Shown here: positions 1 to 10,027 of the stretch, in pieces
Position numbering within the stretch: the first letter of the stretch is position 1
Layout: each line of letters starts with the position of its first letter
Assembly (NCBI GenBank): GCA_050874325.1
Contig: JBNMKK010000006.1
Location: forward strand, 551 to 64,550
Length of the DNA: 64,000 nt
Source of the DNA: Coprococcus sp.
GTDB lineage: Bacteria > Bacillota > Clostridia > Lachnospirales > Lachnospiraceae
Direction: 5' to 3'
Notes under the pieces: model-generated
Databases searched by the model: none
Told to the model about the DNA's origin: nothing
The model's input: only the letters and a program-made list of their open reading frames with translations
Position numbers and translations under genes: made by a program

Positions 1-1222
1 CTCTCTGCTCCGCACCAGATACTCCACGCACCTCGCCTGAAAGTCCCATCTCACCAAACATTACCATATCTGATGGTATTGCACGATTCTTAAAGCTCGA
101 AACAAGGGCAAATACTATTCCAAGATCCGCAGACGGATCATCAAGTCTCATTCCGCCGGCAATGTTTACATAAGCATCGCACCCAGCCATGACTATTCCG
201 CCTCTTTTCTCAAGAACCGCAAGAAGGAGATTTACCCTGTTATAGTCAAGCCCCACACTTGTTCTCCTTGGAAGATTGAAACTTGACTGACACACAAGTG
301 CCTGTATCTCAAGAAGTATCGGTCTTGTTCCTTCCATAGTACACACGACCACAGATCCCGATGTGTCATCCGGTCTTCCATCAAGCATCAATTGGGATGG
401 ATTCTTCACCTCTGCAAGTCCTGTTCCCTTCATCTCAAACACGCCTATCTCATTTGTCGAGCCAAATCTGTTTTTCACGGCTCTGAGTACTCTGAACCCC
501 GCATTGCGCTCGCCCTCAAAGTAGAGGACTGTATCCACCATATGTTCCAAAGTTCTAGGACCCGCCACTGTTCCTTCTTTAGTTACATGTCCAACTATGA
601 ATATGGCTATACCTGTCTGTTTGGCCATTCTCATGAGCCTTGCGGTCACTTCCTTGACCTGAGACACACTTCCCGGTGCAGACTCTATATCGTCTGTAAC
701 GATCGTCTGTATAGAATCAATAACTATAACCTTAGGTGTATCTTTCTTGACATACTCCTCCACATCCTCGAGATTGTTGACACAGAGCAACAGCATATCC
801 TTTGTAAATCTGCCTATGCGTTCCGCTCTCATCTTTATCTGTGAAAGAGACTCCTCGCCTGATACATATAATATCTTCTGTCCCATCTCAGACATATTTC
901 TGCACATCTGCAGCAATATCGTGGACTTTCCTATTCCGGGATCACCTCCAACGAGCACCAGTGATCCACTCACTATTCCACCGCCCAATACTCTGTTTAA
1001 TTCGCCTATTCCTGTGGTAAATCGCGTCTCGTCGGTGGTCTCCACCTCCAAAATGCTTGTAGGCGCCACGACAGCCCTTCTACCGGACTGGCTCTTGGCG
1101 CCTACCGTCACTTTTTCCTCGCAAAATGAGTTCCATGCCTTACATCCAGGACACTGCCCCATCCATTTTGTCGATTCAAATCCACATTCCTGGCAAAAAA
1201 ACACTTGTTTTCCTTTTGCCAT
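1..1222 (-). CDS. radA: DNA repair protein RadA/Sms (3' end runs off the left edge)
   Basis: Manual translation from ATG at 1222 gives MAKGKQVFFCQECGFESTKWMGQCPGCKAWNSF (C4 zinc ribbon). Near position 1 it reads DAYVNIAGGMRLDDPSADLG...GEMGLSGEVR (Lon-like C-terminal domain). Missing from the ORF track because no stop lies in the window. Confidence 0.95.
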   Translation of the reverse strand, partial: MAKGKQVFFCQECGFESTKWMGQCPGCKAWNSFCEEKVTVGAKSQSGRRAVVAPTSILEVETTDETRFTTGIGELNRVLGGGIVSGSLVLVGGDPGIGKSTILLQMCRNMSEMGQKILYVSGEESLSQIKMRAERIGRFTKDMLLLCVNNLEDVEEYVKKDTPKVIVIDSIQTIVTDDIESAPGSVSQVKEVTARLMRMAKQTGIAIFIVGHVTKEGTVAGPRTLEHMVDTVLYFEGERNAGFRVLRAVKNRFGSTNEIGVFEMKGTGLAEVKNPSQLMLDGRPDDTSGSVVVCTMEGTRPILLEIQALVCQSSFNLPRRTSVGLDYNRVNLLLAVLEKRGGIVMAGCDAYVNIAGGMRLDDPSADLGIVFALVSSFKNRAIPSDMVMFGEMGLSGEVRGVSGAEQR

Positions 1223-1246
1223 AAATATCTCCTGTTTATATACCTA

Positions 1247-1663
1247 TCAGTCAAATGCTCTCTTTACATCAACCTTAACTGGTCTTCCCTCTTCAAGATC
1301 AACGCTTATGCTCATCTTGCCACCGAGATTTGTCTTGTTCTTGCCAACATATACATCATCAACATGAACCTTGTACTCTGTCTCAGGCTCAAGCTCCAGT
1401 GTGATAGATGCATTCTCCGGACCCTCGACAACAAATGTCACATCGTTCTCATCAGCCTTGAAACCATATACCGCTGTTCCCGGTACTGACTCATATACGA
1501 ACAAACCGTTCTTCTCGAGCTTTGTGATCTCATTAAATGTCTTTATTTTGTATATATCACCCTGAAACTCAAATCCATCTTTCTTGGTCTTTGATCCAAG
1601 TTCATAATTGCCAAACTCTAATGAATCTCCCTGTACATTTATCAAATCGCTTACTACTGCCAT
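1247..1663 (-). CDS. Small conserved protein of unknown function (family often labelled 'endosialidase' in Lachnospiraceae; label unsupported)
   Basis: 138-aa ORF with AGGAGG SD; motifs YKIKTFNEITKLEKNG.FVYESVPGT and KTNLGGK resemble that family from memory. Confidence 0.75.
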   Translation of the reverse strand: MAVVSDLINVQGDSLEFGNYELGSKTKKDGFEFQGDIYKIKTFNEITKLEKNGLFVYESVPGTAVYGFKADENDVTFVVEGPENASITLELEPETEYKVHVDDVYVGKNKTNLGGKMSISVDLEEGRPVKVDVKRAFD

Positions 1664-1706
1664 TTAAATTTATCCTCCTGTTTTTTACTATCCGTTAGTG
1701 CTTTTT

Positions 1707-1735
1707 ATTATACAGTAACTGGTCTCTTTTTTCTA
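1707..1735 (-). promoter_or_regulatory. Putative sigma-A promoter for the 1247-1663 ORF and radA
   Basis: Minus strand TAGAAA-N17-TATAAT. Confidence 0.55.
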
Positions 1736-1813
1736 CATAATTATACATTTTCACCAATTTTTAATAATATTTTCTATCATGTAAGCATATCACATATATC
1801 TAATCATTTATCT

Positions 1814-4285
1814 CTATTTATCCTTTTGTTTTGCAGTAAGTGATACTTTCTCCGTAACAGATCCATCCTCACCCTTGGCTTTCTTCACAGATACAGTGAC
1901 TATATCTCCCTTATGAACTTTTCCCACAAGAATAGCCTCCGCCAGTTCATCTTCAACGTAGGTCTGTATAGCACGCTTGAGTGGTCTTGCACCATACTTC
2001 TTGTCATAGCCCTTCTCAAAGATATATTTCTTCATATGATCTGTAAATTTGAGTTCTATATCCATCTGAGCCTGAACTCGCTTTTTGAGTTCCCTCAGCA
2101 TGAGACCTGCAATATCCCGGACATTTTTCTCAGTAAGTGCATGGAATACTATGGTGTCATCTATTCTGTTGAGGAACTCTGGCTTAAATGTCCGTTTCAG
2201 CTCATCCATGACATTTTTCTTCATGTCCTCATGTTCTTTACTATCATCCTGAACCGTTACAAACCCCAGCTGTTTTGGATCAATGATCCTCTGTGCACCT
2301 GTGTTTGATGTCATGATGATAATGGTGTTCTTGAAGTCTACTTTTCTTCCCTGTGAATCAGTTATATGTCCATCATCAAGTACCTGCAAAAGTATATTGA
2401 ACACATCACTATGTGCCTTCTCTATCTCGTCGAACAGTATCACTGAATATGGATTTGTCCTTACCTTCTCACTGAGTTGTCCGCCCTCCTCAAATCCTAC
2501 ATATCCAGGAGGCGAACCGATAAGCTTTGATACACTGTGCTTTTCCATGTATTCCGACATGTCAACTCTTATAAGTGCATCCTCACTTCCAAATACAACC
2601 TCAGCAAGAGCCTTTGAAAGTTCAGTCTTACCCACACCGGTCGGTCCAAGGAACAGAAATGTGCCTATAGGTCTTCTAGGATCTTTGAGTCCTACCCTAC
2701 TCCTCTTTATCGCCTTTGCCACAGCCGACACGGCCTCATCCTGCCCAACAACGCGCTTATGGAGCTCTGTTTCAAGCCTCTCAAGTCTCTTTGATTCTTT
2801 CTCCGTAAGTCTGCTCACCGGTATTTTTGTCCACACGGACACAACATCCGCAATATCATTTTCACCGATAACTATATTGTGTCCACCTGTGGCACGACTG
2901 CGTGCAGACTTTCTGGCGATCTCTTCCTGTCTTCGCCTGATATTTGCTGCCTCATCTATATTTCCTGACATGAGTGCAGCCTCAAGATCACTGTCAAGGG
3001 TCGCCAGTTCCGCCTCATTTTTGTCATGGGCTGTTCCCTGCATAGTGAATCCAAGCCGTCTTCGTGAACACGCCTCATCCATTAGATCTATCGCCTTATC
3101 CGGGAGGAATCTATCCGTAATGTATCTGACTGACAGATCTACAGCGGCCTCCACAGCCTCATCACTTATCTCTACCCCATGGTGCTGTTCGTAACAGGCC
3201 CTAAGTCCTTTTAGTATCTCAACAGCCTCATCTCTCGTCGGTTCCTCCACATTTACAGGCTGGAACCTTCTCTCAAGGGCTGCATCTTTCTCTATATATT
3301 TCCTGTATTCTGCCCTCGTAGTGGCACCTATCATCTGGATCTCACCACGAGAAAGGGATGGTTTTAGTATATTTGACGCGTCTATTGCGCCCTCCGCATC
3401 ACCCGCGCCAACCAAGGTGTGAAGTTCATCCACGAACAGGATCACGTCACCGGAGGCTACCACCTCCTGGATAACCTTCTTTATCCTGTCCTCAAATTCT
3501 CCTCTGTATTTGGAGCCAGCAAGCATACCAGATATATCCAGTGACAAAAGTCTCTTTCCCCTCACCGTATCCGGCACATTATCATGGGCTATCATATATG
3601 CTATGCCTTCAACCACAGCAGTCTTACCAACTCCCGGTTCACCAACCAGACAAGGGTTATTCTTCATTCTCCTGCTGAGTATCTGCATAACTCTCTGGAT
3701 CTCCTTCTCCCTACCGACAACCGGATCCAGATTACCAAGTCTTGCCTCCTTTGTGATATCCCTCGAATACTTATCGAGTGTCGGTGTAGAAGAACCTGCC
3801 TTTGCCTTTTTCTTCTTGATAGCAGCATATTCTTTCTTTGCCACACTCAAATCCAACCCACAGGTCGTGAGTATATCCGTATACACCTTTTGCATATTTA
3901 TTTTTTCTATCTGCATAAGTCTGACGGCAACACTGCTCTGTTCCTTTAATATGGCAAGCAGCAAATGTTCCGTTCCAACCTCCTCAGACGACAGCCTTGC
4001 AGCCTCAACCTGAGCATCGTCCAGTATATTTTTTGCAGTCTCAGTATATTTGTCTTTTTCCCTTGTAACTGTTCCACCCGGTTCTAGGATAAACTTCAAG
4101 GCATGTGTGACCTTTGTTATATCCAGCCCATTACTGTTAAGTATACTGTATGCTGTGGTATCCGAAACCGACGCCAACGCAAGTATCATATGCTCACTTC
4201 CGACAAAGTTCTGTCCCAGCTTTCGTGCTACCCTGTTAGCCTCTTTTAAAACTACCTCTGTTTCTTTGCTATATGGCAATTTCAT
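1814..4285 (-). CDS. clpC: ATP-dependent Clp protease ATP-binding subunit ClpC
   Basis: Clp-N repeats ([15 protein letters not shown]), two Walker A motifs ([16 protein letters not shown]), DAALERRF and GARPLKR. Start moved to ATG 4285 (MKLPY), which has a GAGGTG SD. Confidence 0.95.
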   Translation of the reverse strand: MKLPYSKETEVVLKEANRVARKLGQNFVGSEHMILALASVSDTTAYSILNSNGLDITKVTHALKFILEPGGTVTREKDKYTETAKNILDDAQVEAARLSSEEVGTEHLLLAILKEQSSVAVRLMQIEKINMQKVYTDILTTCGLDLSVAKKEYAAIKKKKAKAGSSTPTLDKYSRDITKEARLGNLDPVVGREKEIQRVMQILSRRMKNNPCLVGEPGVGKTAVVEGIAYMIAHDNVPDTVRGKRLLSLDISGMLAGSKYRGEFEDRIKKVIQEVVASGDVILFVDELHTLVGAGDAEGAIDASNILKPSLSRGEIQMIGATTRAEYRKYIEKDAALERRFQPVNVEEPTRDEAVEILKGLRACYEQHHGVEISDEAVEAAVDLSVRYITDRFLPDKAIDLMDEACSRRRLGFTMQGTAHDKNEAELATLDSDLEAALMSGNIDEAANIRRRQEEIARKSARSRATGGHNIVIGENDIADVVSVWTKIPVSRLTEKESKRLERLETELHKRVVGQDEAVSAVAKAIKRSRVGLKDPRRPIGTFLFLGPTGVGKTELSKALAEVVFGSEDALIRVDMSEYMEKHSVSKLIGSPPGYVGFEEGGQLSEKVRTNPYSVILFDEIEKAHSDVFNILLQVLDDGHITDSQGRKVDFKNTIIIMTSNTGAQRIIDPKQLGFVTVQDDSKEHEDMKKNVMDELKRTFKPEFLNRIDDTIVFHALTEKNVRDIAGLMLRELKKRVQAQMDIELKFTDHMKKYIFEKGYDKKYGARPLKRAIQTYVEDELAEAILVGKVHKGDIVTVSVKKAKGEDGSVTEKVSLTAKQKDK

Positions 4286-4355
4286 ACATCTCACCTCGCC
4301 TCTATTGAACATCAGCCCAATTTTTTCTTTTTACTCCTCTTTTATAATGCAGAGT

Positions 4356-4392
4356 AAAAAAGGTTTTGAAACATTATATCTCAAAACCTCTT
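4356..4392 (-). terminator. Intrinsic terminator after purD
   Basis: AGGTTTTGA/TCAAAACCT 9-bp inverted repeat followed by a T-run on the minus strand. Confidence 0.7.
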
Positions 4393-4453
4393 TCGTGTGT
4401 ATAAATATTTGTTTATAATTTCAAGCCCGTAGATTCAAGCTATAAAAGTTCTC

Positions 4454-5725
4454 CTACTGTTCGTCAATAGCTTTACCTATATCGTGTCTCATATACTTGT
4501 TGTCAAATGTGATCCACTCTGTTGCAGCATATGCATTTGCACGAGCCTCAAAGAGATCCTTGCCCTTTGCGGTAACTCCGAGGACACGACCGCCATTTGT
4601 CACGATCTCATCGCCGTCGAACTTTGTTCCGGCATGGAATACAAAGTAATCATCCTTGCCGTCAAACTTCTCAAGTCCATGTATTGGATAACCCTTCTTG
4701 TATGATACAGGGTAGCCATCTGATGCAAGGACTACACAAACTGCTGCATTGTCCTCAAACTGAAGATCTACCTTATCCAGTGTTCCATCGATACATGCCT
4801 CCATAACATCGATGATATCATTCTTCATACGTGGAAGAACTACCTGAGCCTCCGGATCGCCAAATCTCGCGTTGTACTCAAGGACCTTAACACCGTTTGG
4901 AGTCATCATGAGTCCGCAGAACAGAACGCCCTTGAACTCTCTGCCCTCAGCCTTCATGGCTGCCATGGTTGGCTTGTAGATATTCTCCATGCAGTACTCG
5001 TCTATCTCTTTTGTATAGAAAGGACTTGGTGAGAATGTTCCCATACCACCTGTGTTGAGTCCCTGGTCTCCATCCTTTGCTCTCTTGTGATCCTGCGCTG
5101 AAGTCATCGGCTTGATGGTTGTTCCATCACAGAAACAGAGGACTGATACCTCACGTCCTGTCATGAACTCCTCTATTACCATAGTATTGCCCGCTGAACC
5201 AAAGTGCTTGTCAAGCATGATCTCCTTGACACCTGCCTTTGCCTCCTCAAGATCATTACATATGAGAACGCCCTTGCCCAGTGCAAGTCCGTCAGCCTTT
5301 AAGACTATAGGGAATGTTGCTGTCTCAAGATACTTGAGCGCTGAGTCTGCATCTGTAAAGTTCTCATAAGCTGCTGTAGGTATACCATACTTCTTCATGA
5401 GATCCTTGGAGAATGCCTTTGATCCCTCTATGATCGCTGCATTTGCACGAGGTCCGAATGCTCTGATACCAGCTGCCTCAAACGCATCGACCGCACCTGC
5501 AACAAGTGGATCATCAGGTGCAACAACTACCAGATCAACTGCCTTATCCTTTGCAAATGCAACCAACTTGTCAAAATCCATCACACCTATGTCAACGCAC
5601 TCTGCAAGTGCTGCGATACCTGCGTTGCCAGGTGCACAATATATCTTGGATACTTTATCACTCTTTGAAATACTTGTAACTATAGCATGCTCTCTTCCGC
5701 CGCTTCCTACTACCAATACTTTCAT
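4454..5725 (-). CDS. purD: Phosphoribosylamine--glycine ligase
   Basis: MKVLVVGSGGREHA, KADGLALGKGV, GLNTGGMG, EYNARFGDPE, TNGGRVL. Start at ATG 5725 after AGGAGG. Confidence 0.97.
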   Translation of the reverse strand: MKVLVVGSGGREHAIVTSISKSDKVSKIYCAPGNAGIAALAECVDIGVMDFDKLVAFAKDKAVDLVVVAPDDPLVAGAVDAFEAAGIRAFGPRANAAIIEGSKAFSKDLMKKYGIPTAAYENFTDADSALKYLETATFPIVLKADGLALGKGVLICNDLEEAKAGVKEIMLDKHFGSAGNTMVIEEFMTGREVSVLCFCDGTTIKPMTSAQDHKRAKDGDQGLNTGGMGTFSPSPFYTKEIDEYCMENIYKPTMAAMKAEGREFKGVLFCGLMMTPNGVKVLEYNARFGDPEAQVVLPRMKNDIIDVMEACIDGTLDKVDLQFEDNAAVCVVLASDGYPVSYKKGYPIHGLEKFDGKDDYFVFHAGTKFDGDEIVTNGGRVLGVTAKGKDLFEARANAYAATEWITFDNKYMRHDIGKAIDEQ

Positions 5726-5736
5726 GGATATTCCTC

Positions 5737-6363
5737 CTAATCTTCCACCACTGCAATTCCATCTTCCACATGAACCTTGCCGTGGGCTATCTTGTCTATA
5801 ACCGCAGGCAGAAGTTTCCACTCAGCCTGCTCCATCACGCGCTGCTGCAGAATCTTTGGGGTATCCCCATTCTGTACCTCAACTGCCTTCTGCATGATGA
5901 TAGGACCTGTGTCAGTACCTTTGTCTACAAAATGAACTGTGGCACCCACAACCTTGACACCTCTTGCAAGAGCTGCCTCATGAACTTTAAGTCCATAGTA
6001 ACCTGTTCCGCAGAATGCCGGTATGAGTGATGGATGAATGTTGACTATCTTATTCGGATAAGCATCTATCACTATCTCAGGTATAACCACAAGATATCCT
6101 GCGAGAACTATGAGATCAGCACCAGTCTCCTTAAGTTTTGCGAGAAGTGCCTCGTTAAACCTAGCTCTGTCCTCGTAATCCTTAGGGCTTACGACCTCAG
6201 CTGCTATACCTGCCTTCTTCGCTCTCTCAAGTGCAAATGCATTTCTGTTGTTGCTTATGACTGCAACTATCTCTGTATCTGTTATGACTTTATTCTCTAT
6301 GGCATCTATGATGGCCTGAAGATTAGTTCCGCCACCTGATACCAGAACTGCAACCTTTAGCAT
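5737..6363 (-). CDS. purN: Phosphoribosylglycinamide formyltransferase
   Basis: [35 protein letters not shown]. Confidence 0.97.
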   Translation of the reverse strand: MLKVAVLVSGGGTNLQAIIDAIENKVITDTEIVAVISNNRNAFALERAKKAGIAAEVVSPKDYEDRARFNEALLAKLKETGADLIVLAGYLVVIPEIVIDAYPNKIVNIHPSLIPAFCGTGYYGLKVHEAALARGVKVVGATVHFVDKGTDTGPIIMQKAVEVQNGDTPKILQQRVMEQAEWKLLPAVIDKIAHGKVHVEDGIAVVED

Positions 6364-7382
6364 AAGTCTACTCCCTTTTCACCAGCTACAACTGTACCGA
6401 GAACAAATGCCTTGTCTCCGGCGCTTTCTATAGCTGCTATTGTCTTGTCTGCGTCTGCAGGATCTATAGCAAGGCACATACCAACACCCATGTTGTATGT
6501 GTTGTACATCATATGCTCATCTATATCACCCTTCTTTGCAAGGAGCTTGAATATAGCTGGCACCTCGTATGAATCCTTCTTAACCTGTGCGCGCACTCCG
6601 TCTGGGAGCATTCTTGGAATATTCTCATAGAATCCGCCACCTGTGATATGGCTGCATCCCTTAACTGTCACGCCTGCATCTTTTACTGCCTTGAGAGCCT
6701 TCACGTATATTCTTGTCGGCTCGATGAGCGCCTCACCGAGTGTCTTGCCCAGCTCGTCATAATATGTATCAAGAGATTCCTTTGTCATCTCAAACACCTT
6801 ACGAACCAGAGAGAAACCATTGCTGTGTACACCGCTTGATGCTATACCAATGAGTGTATCTCCCGGCTTGATACTCTCTCCTGTGATAAGGTCCTTCTTC
6901 TCAACAACGCCCACTGCAAATCCTGCAAGGTCATACTCGTCCTCAGGCATAAGTCCTGGATGCTCTGCTGTCTCACCGCCTACAAGGGCTGCTCCTGACT
7001 GGTTACATCCCTCTGCAACACCGCTTACTATAGTAGCGATCTTCTCAGGGTAATTCTTACCACATGCTATATAATCGAGGAAGAAAAGTGGCTCTCCACC
7101 AGAACATGCGATATCATTTACACACATTGCTACTGCATCGATTCCGATCGTGTCATGCTTATCCATAATATAAGCCAGCTGAACCTTTGTTCCACATCCA
7201 TCTGTTCCTGACAGAAGTATAGGTTCTTCCATGTCCTTGATCTTAGCAAGGCTAAACGCACCTGCGAATCCACCGATTCCACCAAGCACCTCAGGTCTCA
7301 TGGTTGTCTTGATGTGTTTCTTCATAAGCTCCACAGACTTGTATCCAGCTTCAATATCTACTCCGGCATTCTTGTAATCCAA
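6357..7382 (-). CDS. purM: Phosphoribosylformylglycinamidine cyclo-ligase
   Basis: TTG start after GGAGG; [42 protein letters not shown]. Confidence 0.97.
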   Translation of the reverse strand: MDYKNAGVDIEAGYKSVELMKKHIKTTMRPEVLGGIGGFAGAFSLAKIKDMEEPILLSGTDGCGTKVQLAYIMDKHDTIGIDAVAMCVNDIACSGGEPLFFLDYIACGKNYPEKIATIVSGVAEGCNQSGAALVGGETAEHPGLMPEDEYDLAGFAVGVVEKKDLITGESIKPGDTLIGIASSGVHSNGFSLVRKVFEMTKESLDTYYDELGKTLGEALIEPTRIYVKALKAVKDAGVTVKGCSHITGGGFYENIPRMLPDGVRAQVKKDSYEVPAIFKLLAKKGDIDEHMMYNTYNMGVGMCLAIDPADADKTIAAIESAGDKAFVLGTVVAGEKGVDLC

Positions 7383-7489
7383 TTTCTTGTCCTCCTGTTA
7401 TCTGTTTTGAGCAGACGCTATCATGACTCACATGTGCCACGCCCACTTTCATCATATGGGATCTCACTCCCGTTCAAATATTCCCATAA

Positions 7490-7518
7490 ATTATAGATTA
7501 TAAAGATTGCTTTGTAAA
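7490..7518 (-). promoter_or_regulatory. Putative sigma-A promoter of purMND
   Basis: Minus strand TTTACA-N17-TATAAT, about 100 nt upstream of purM. Confidence 0.7.
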
Positions 7519-7547
7519 GAATGATTATCCCTTTTCATTATTACAAA

Positions 7548-7576
7548 TTGCTAATAAATGCAGCCTGTGTTATAAT
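7548..7576 (+). promoter_or_regulatory. Putative sigma-A promoter of the GGDEF gene
   Basis: TTGCTA-N17-TATAAT with an extended TGn -10; the -10 box is flanked by the inverted repeat CAGCCTGT/ACAGGCTG. Confidence 0.7.
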
Positions 7577-7672
7577 TACAACAGGCTGTGATCTAAATTC
7601 GAGCAAAATTATTGACTTTATATCCATCAATGATTTTGTGCAACGGTAACTATAACACAAAGGAGTACCCAC

Positions 7673-9982
7673 ATGACAAACAACAGACTTAATATCGGAA
7701 TTTTTACATGCCATATCGATAACGATTACGCTATCGAAGTATGCAAAGGAGCTGAATTTGCAGCAAAAGAACTTGACTGCAATCTCATAGTATTCCCGGG
7801 TATGTTCCTGAATGCGTCTTTCAACGATCCAGCCAACCAGTTATATGATTATCAGTACAATTCTATTTTTTATTACGCACATCCTGAATGTCTCGATGCA
7901 CTCATAATATCAGTGGGCGCGATATCATCATTTTTATCGGAAAAGGATCTGAACGCCTTCTTCTCACATTTTGAAGGGATTCCTATATTGACACTTGAAG
8001 AAAAAGTTGACGGATATCCATGTATCATGACAGACAATTCCGGCGGCATGAGATCTGCTGTTGAGCATCTCGTACTGGAGCACAACAGAAAGCATATATG
8101 TTTTGTTGCAGGCAAAGAGGGCAACTCAGACAGTGACCAGCGTCTTGGCATATATCTCGATGTCCTCGCTGAACACGGATATGAAGTGACTGACAACATG
8201 ATCGTACACGGCGACTTTTCCGAGTACTGTGGCGCACAGATCGGTACTCTTATAGACAACAATCCGGATATGGATGCGATAGTATTTGCAAATGATCAGA
8301 TGGCGATAGCCGGCTACGCCGAGCTTAGAAAAAGAGGTCTCCGCATCGGTGAGGATCTGTCTGTTATCGGATTTGATGACTCCACCTCATCGGTCAATAT
8401 GGATCCCCCCCTCACAACTGTAAATATAAATTCCTGTGAACTTGGCTACCGTGCGGTATACGGTGCTGCAGATCTTGCCAAGACAGGAGCTACTGTGTCA
8501 AAGACGTTAAACTCGCACTTCATCAAAAGGCTTTCGTGTGGTTGCAGATTGTGCCGTGAAAAAGATATTATCTCACCTCAAACAGAACTGCTGTCTCTTG
8601 GCGCGTCAGAGATCGTTGATTTCCTTGATACAACACTTTTTGGCGAGATCAGAGAATCTTTCTTTTCTCACCGAGTGATTGAATCATTCAATGACATATT
8701 TGCGGACATAATCAAGGTACTCAAAAGCGATGATCCAGATCCGTATCTTCAGAGGAACATCATCGATAAGATAAAGAACCGCCTTGAATCTGACATAACT
8801 GATTTCTATCCGGTTCAGAAGATAACATATATGTTCAGGGAAATGGCATCCATATTCTCCAGCTGCAGCATGAGTCCAGCCAGAAGGTTAGAGTTCAACA
8901 ACCTGAATGCTGCCATCACCAACGCCCTGTCGTTGTTCATGTCAAACAGTCTGTACAGTCAGATGCAGGAGAACAAGATGCTTGGCTGGTCATCTATCTA
9001 TATCACGAGAGATACCCTCACCTATGGTGATGACCTGGATAGAACATACTCTTCTATATTGAAGAAACTCAAAGCTCTAAATTACAACGGAGCCTACATA
9101 TACACATACGATGATGAGATCCAGATCACAGAATCAGGAAGTTGGATCGTACCAAAGTCTCTGTTTTTGCAGGCTTTCTACAATCCAAACAATACACAGG
9201 TACTGTTCGGCGAATCCAGGAGGATCCCGTCAACCGAGATCTTTGACAATGAATATACATACTACGAACAGCGTTTCACATCAGTGATAGTTCCTATATT
9301 TACAAATGAGGATCATCACGGAGTATTTATCTGCAATACAGATGTTTCCGGTTTCAGCACCATATATTCTACAAGTCTGCAGCTTGGCGCCGCACTTAAA
9401 TATATGACACTGCTCAGGGAACAGAATATCACACAGGAACAGCTAAAACTCTCTCTCAACGAGATCCACGAGAAAAACGAACTGCTGAACCATCTGTCAA
9501 CCTCAGACGAACTCACGGGCATATACAACAGACGCGGATTCATGGAGAGAGTTGAGTATTACATCAACATCCCGTCAAACCATGGGCTCAAAGCAATACT
9601 GCTCTTTGCCGACATGGACTCTCTCAAGGTTGTAAATGACAAGTTTGGTCACAAGGACGGTGATTTTGCTCTTAAGAATATCGCCAACATCCTTTCCATG
9701 AGTTTCGGACCTCACGATGTCATAGGCCGAATCGGCGGAGATGAATTCGTATGTTTTGCCTTCACCGATGATCCCGATTATGTCTCCCAGGTGCAGAACA
9801 GGATCAAACAGTACTCTGCAGAACTCAATGCGACATGCGGCAAGCCATACTTTATAGAGATGAGTGTAGGTGTAACAGAGTTCACATGTGACGGCGAACA
9901 GACCATAGAAGATCTGCTCTCCCAGGCGGACAGCGCCCTATACTCCAACAAGAGATACAAGAGAATGTCCATTCTCAAATGA
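7673..9982 (+). CDS. Diguanylate cyclase with an N-terminal LacI-type (periplasmic-binding-protein fold) sugar-binding domain and no HTH
   Basis: N-terminus has LacI effector-domain motifs (DAIVFANDQMA, IGEDLSVIGFDD, PPLTTV). C-terminus has DELTGIYNRRG, DMDSLKVVNDKFGHKDGD and RIGGDEF. GGAG SD. Confidence 0.9.
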   Translation: MTNNRLNIGIFTCHIDNDYAIEVCKGAEFAAKELDCNLIVFPGMFLNASFNDPANQLYDYQYNSIFYYAHPECLDALIISVGAISSFLSEKDLNAFFSHFEGIPILTLEEKVDGYPCIMTDNSGGMRSAVEHLVLEHNRKHICFVAGKEGNSDSDQRLGIYLDVLAEHGYEVTDNMIVHGDFSEYCGAQIGTLIDNNPDMDAIVFANDQMAIAGYAELRKRGLRIGEDLSVIGFDDSTSSVNMDPPLTTVNINSCELGYRAVYGAADLAKTGATVSKTLNSHFIKRLSCGCRLCREKDIISPQTELLSLGASEIVDFLDTTLFGEIRESFFSHRVIESFNDIFADIIKVLKSDDPDPYLQRNIIDKIKNRLESDITDFYPVQKITYMFREMASIFSSCSMSPARRLEFNNLNAAITNALSLFMSNSLYSQMQENKMLGWSSIYITRDTLTYGDDLDRTYSSILKKLKALNYNGAYIYTYDDEIQITESGSWIVPKSLFLQAFYNPNNTQVLFGESRRIPSTEIFDNEYTYYEQRFTSVIVPIFTNEDHHGVFICNTDVSGFSTIYSTSLQLGAALKYMTLLREQNITQEQLKLSLNEIHEKNELLNHLSTSDELTGIYNRRGFMERVEYYINIPSNHGLKAILLFADMDSLKVVNDKFGHKDGDFALKNIANILSMSFGPHDVIGRIGGDEFVCFAFTDDPDYVSQVQNRIKQYSAELNATCGKPYFIEMSVGVTEFTCDGEQTIEDLLSQADSALYSNKRYKRMSILK

Positions 9983-9986
9983 ACAT

Positions 9987-10026
9987 AAAAAAACAGTCTG
10001 ATATATCATATATCAGACTGTTTTTT
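9987..10026. terminator. Bidirectional intrinsic terminator between convergent genes
   Basis: AAAAAACAGTCTGATATA-TCA-TATATCAGACTGTTTTTT, a perfect inverted repeat with A/T tails on both sides. Confidence 0.9.
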
Positions 10027-10027
10027 A

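Noticed and set aside
4393-4445. CtsR or HrcA operator for clpC (GCTTGAA direct repeat)
   Set aside because: Matches neither the CtsR heptad repeat nor CIRCE, and lies upstream of the purD terminator.
7383-7485. Riboswitch in the purM leader (purine, ZTP or PRPP class)
   Set aside because: Only a short ATGGGA/TCCCAT pairing and a CATGA/TCATG palindrome; no recognisable aptamer consensus or expression platform.
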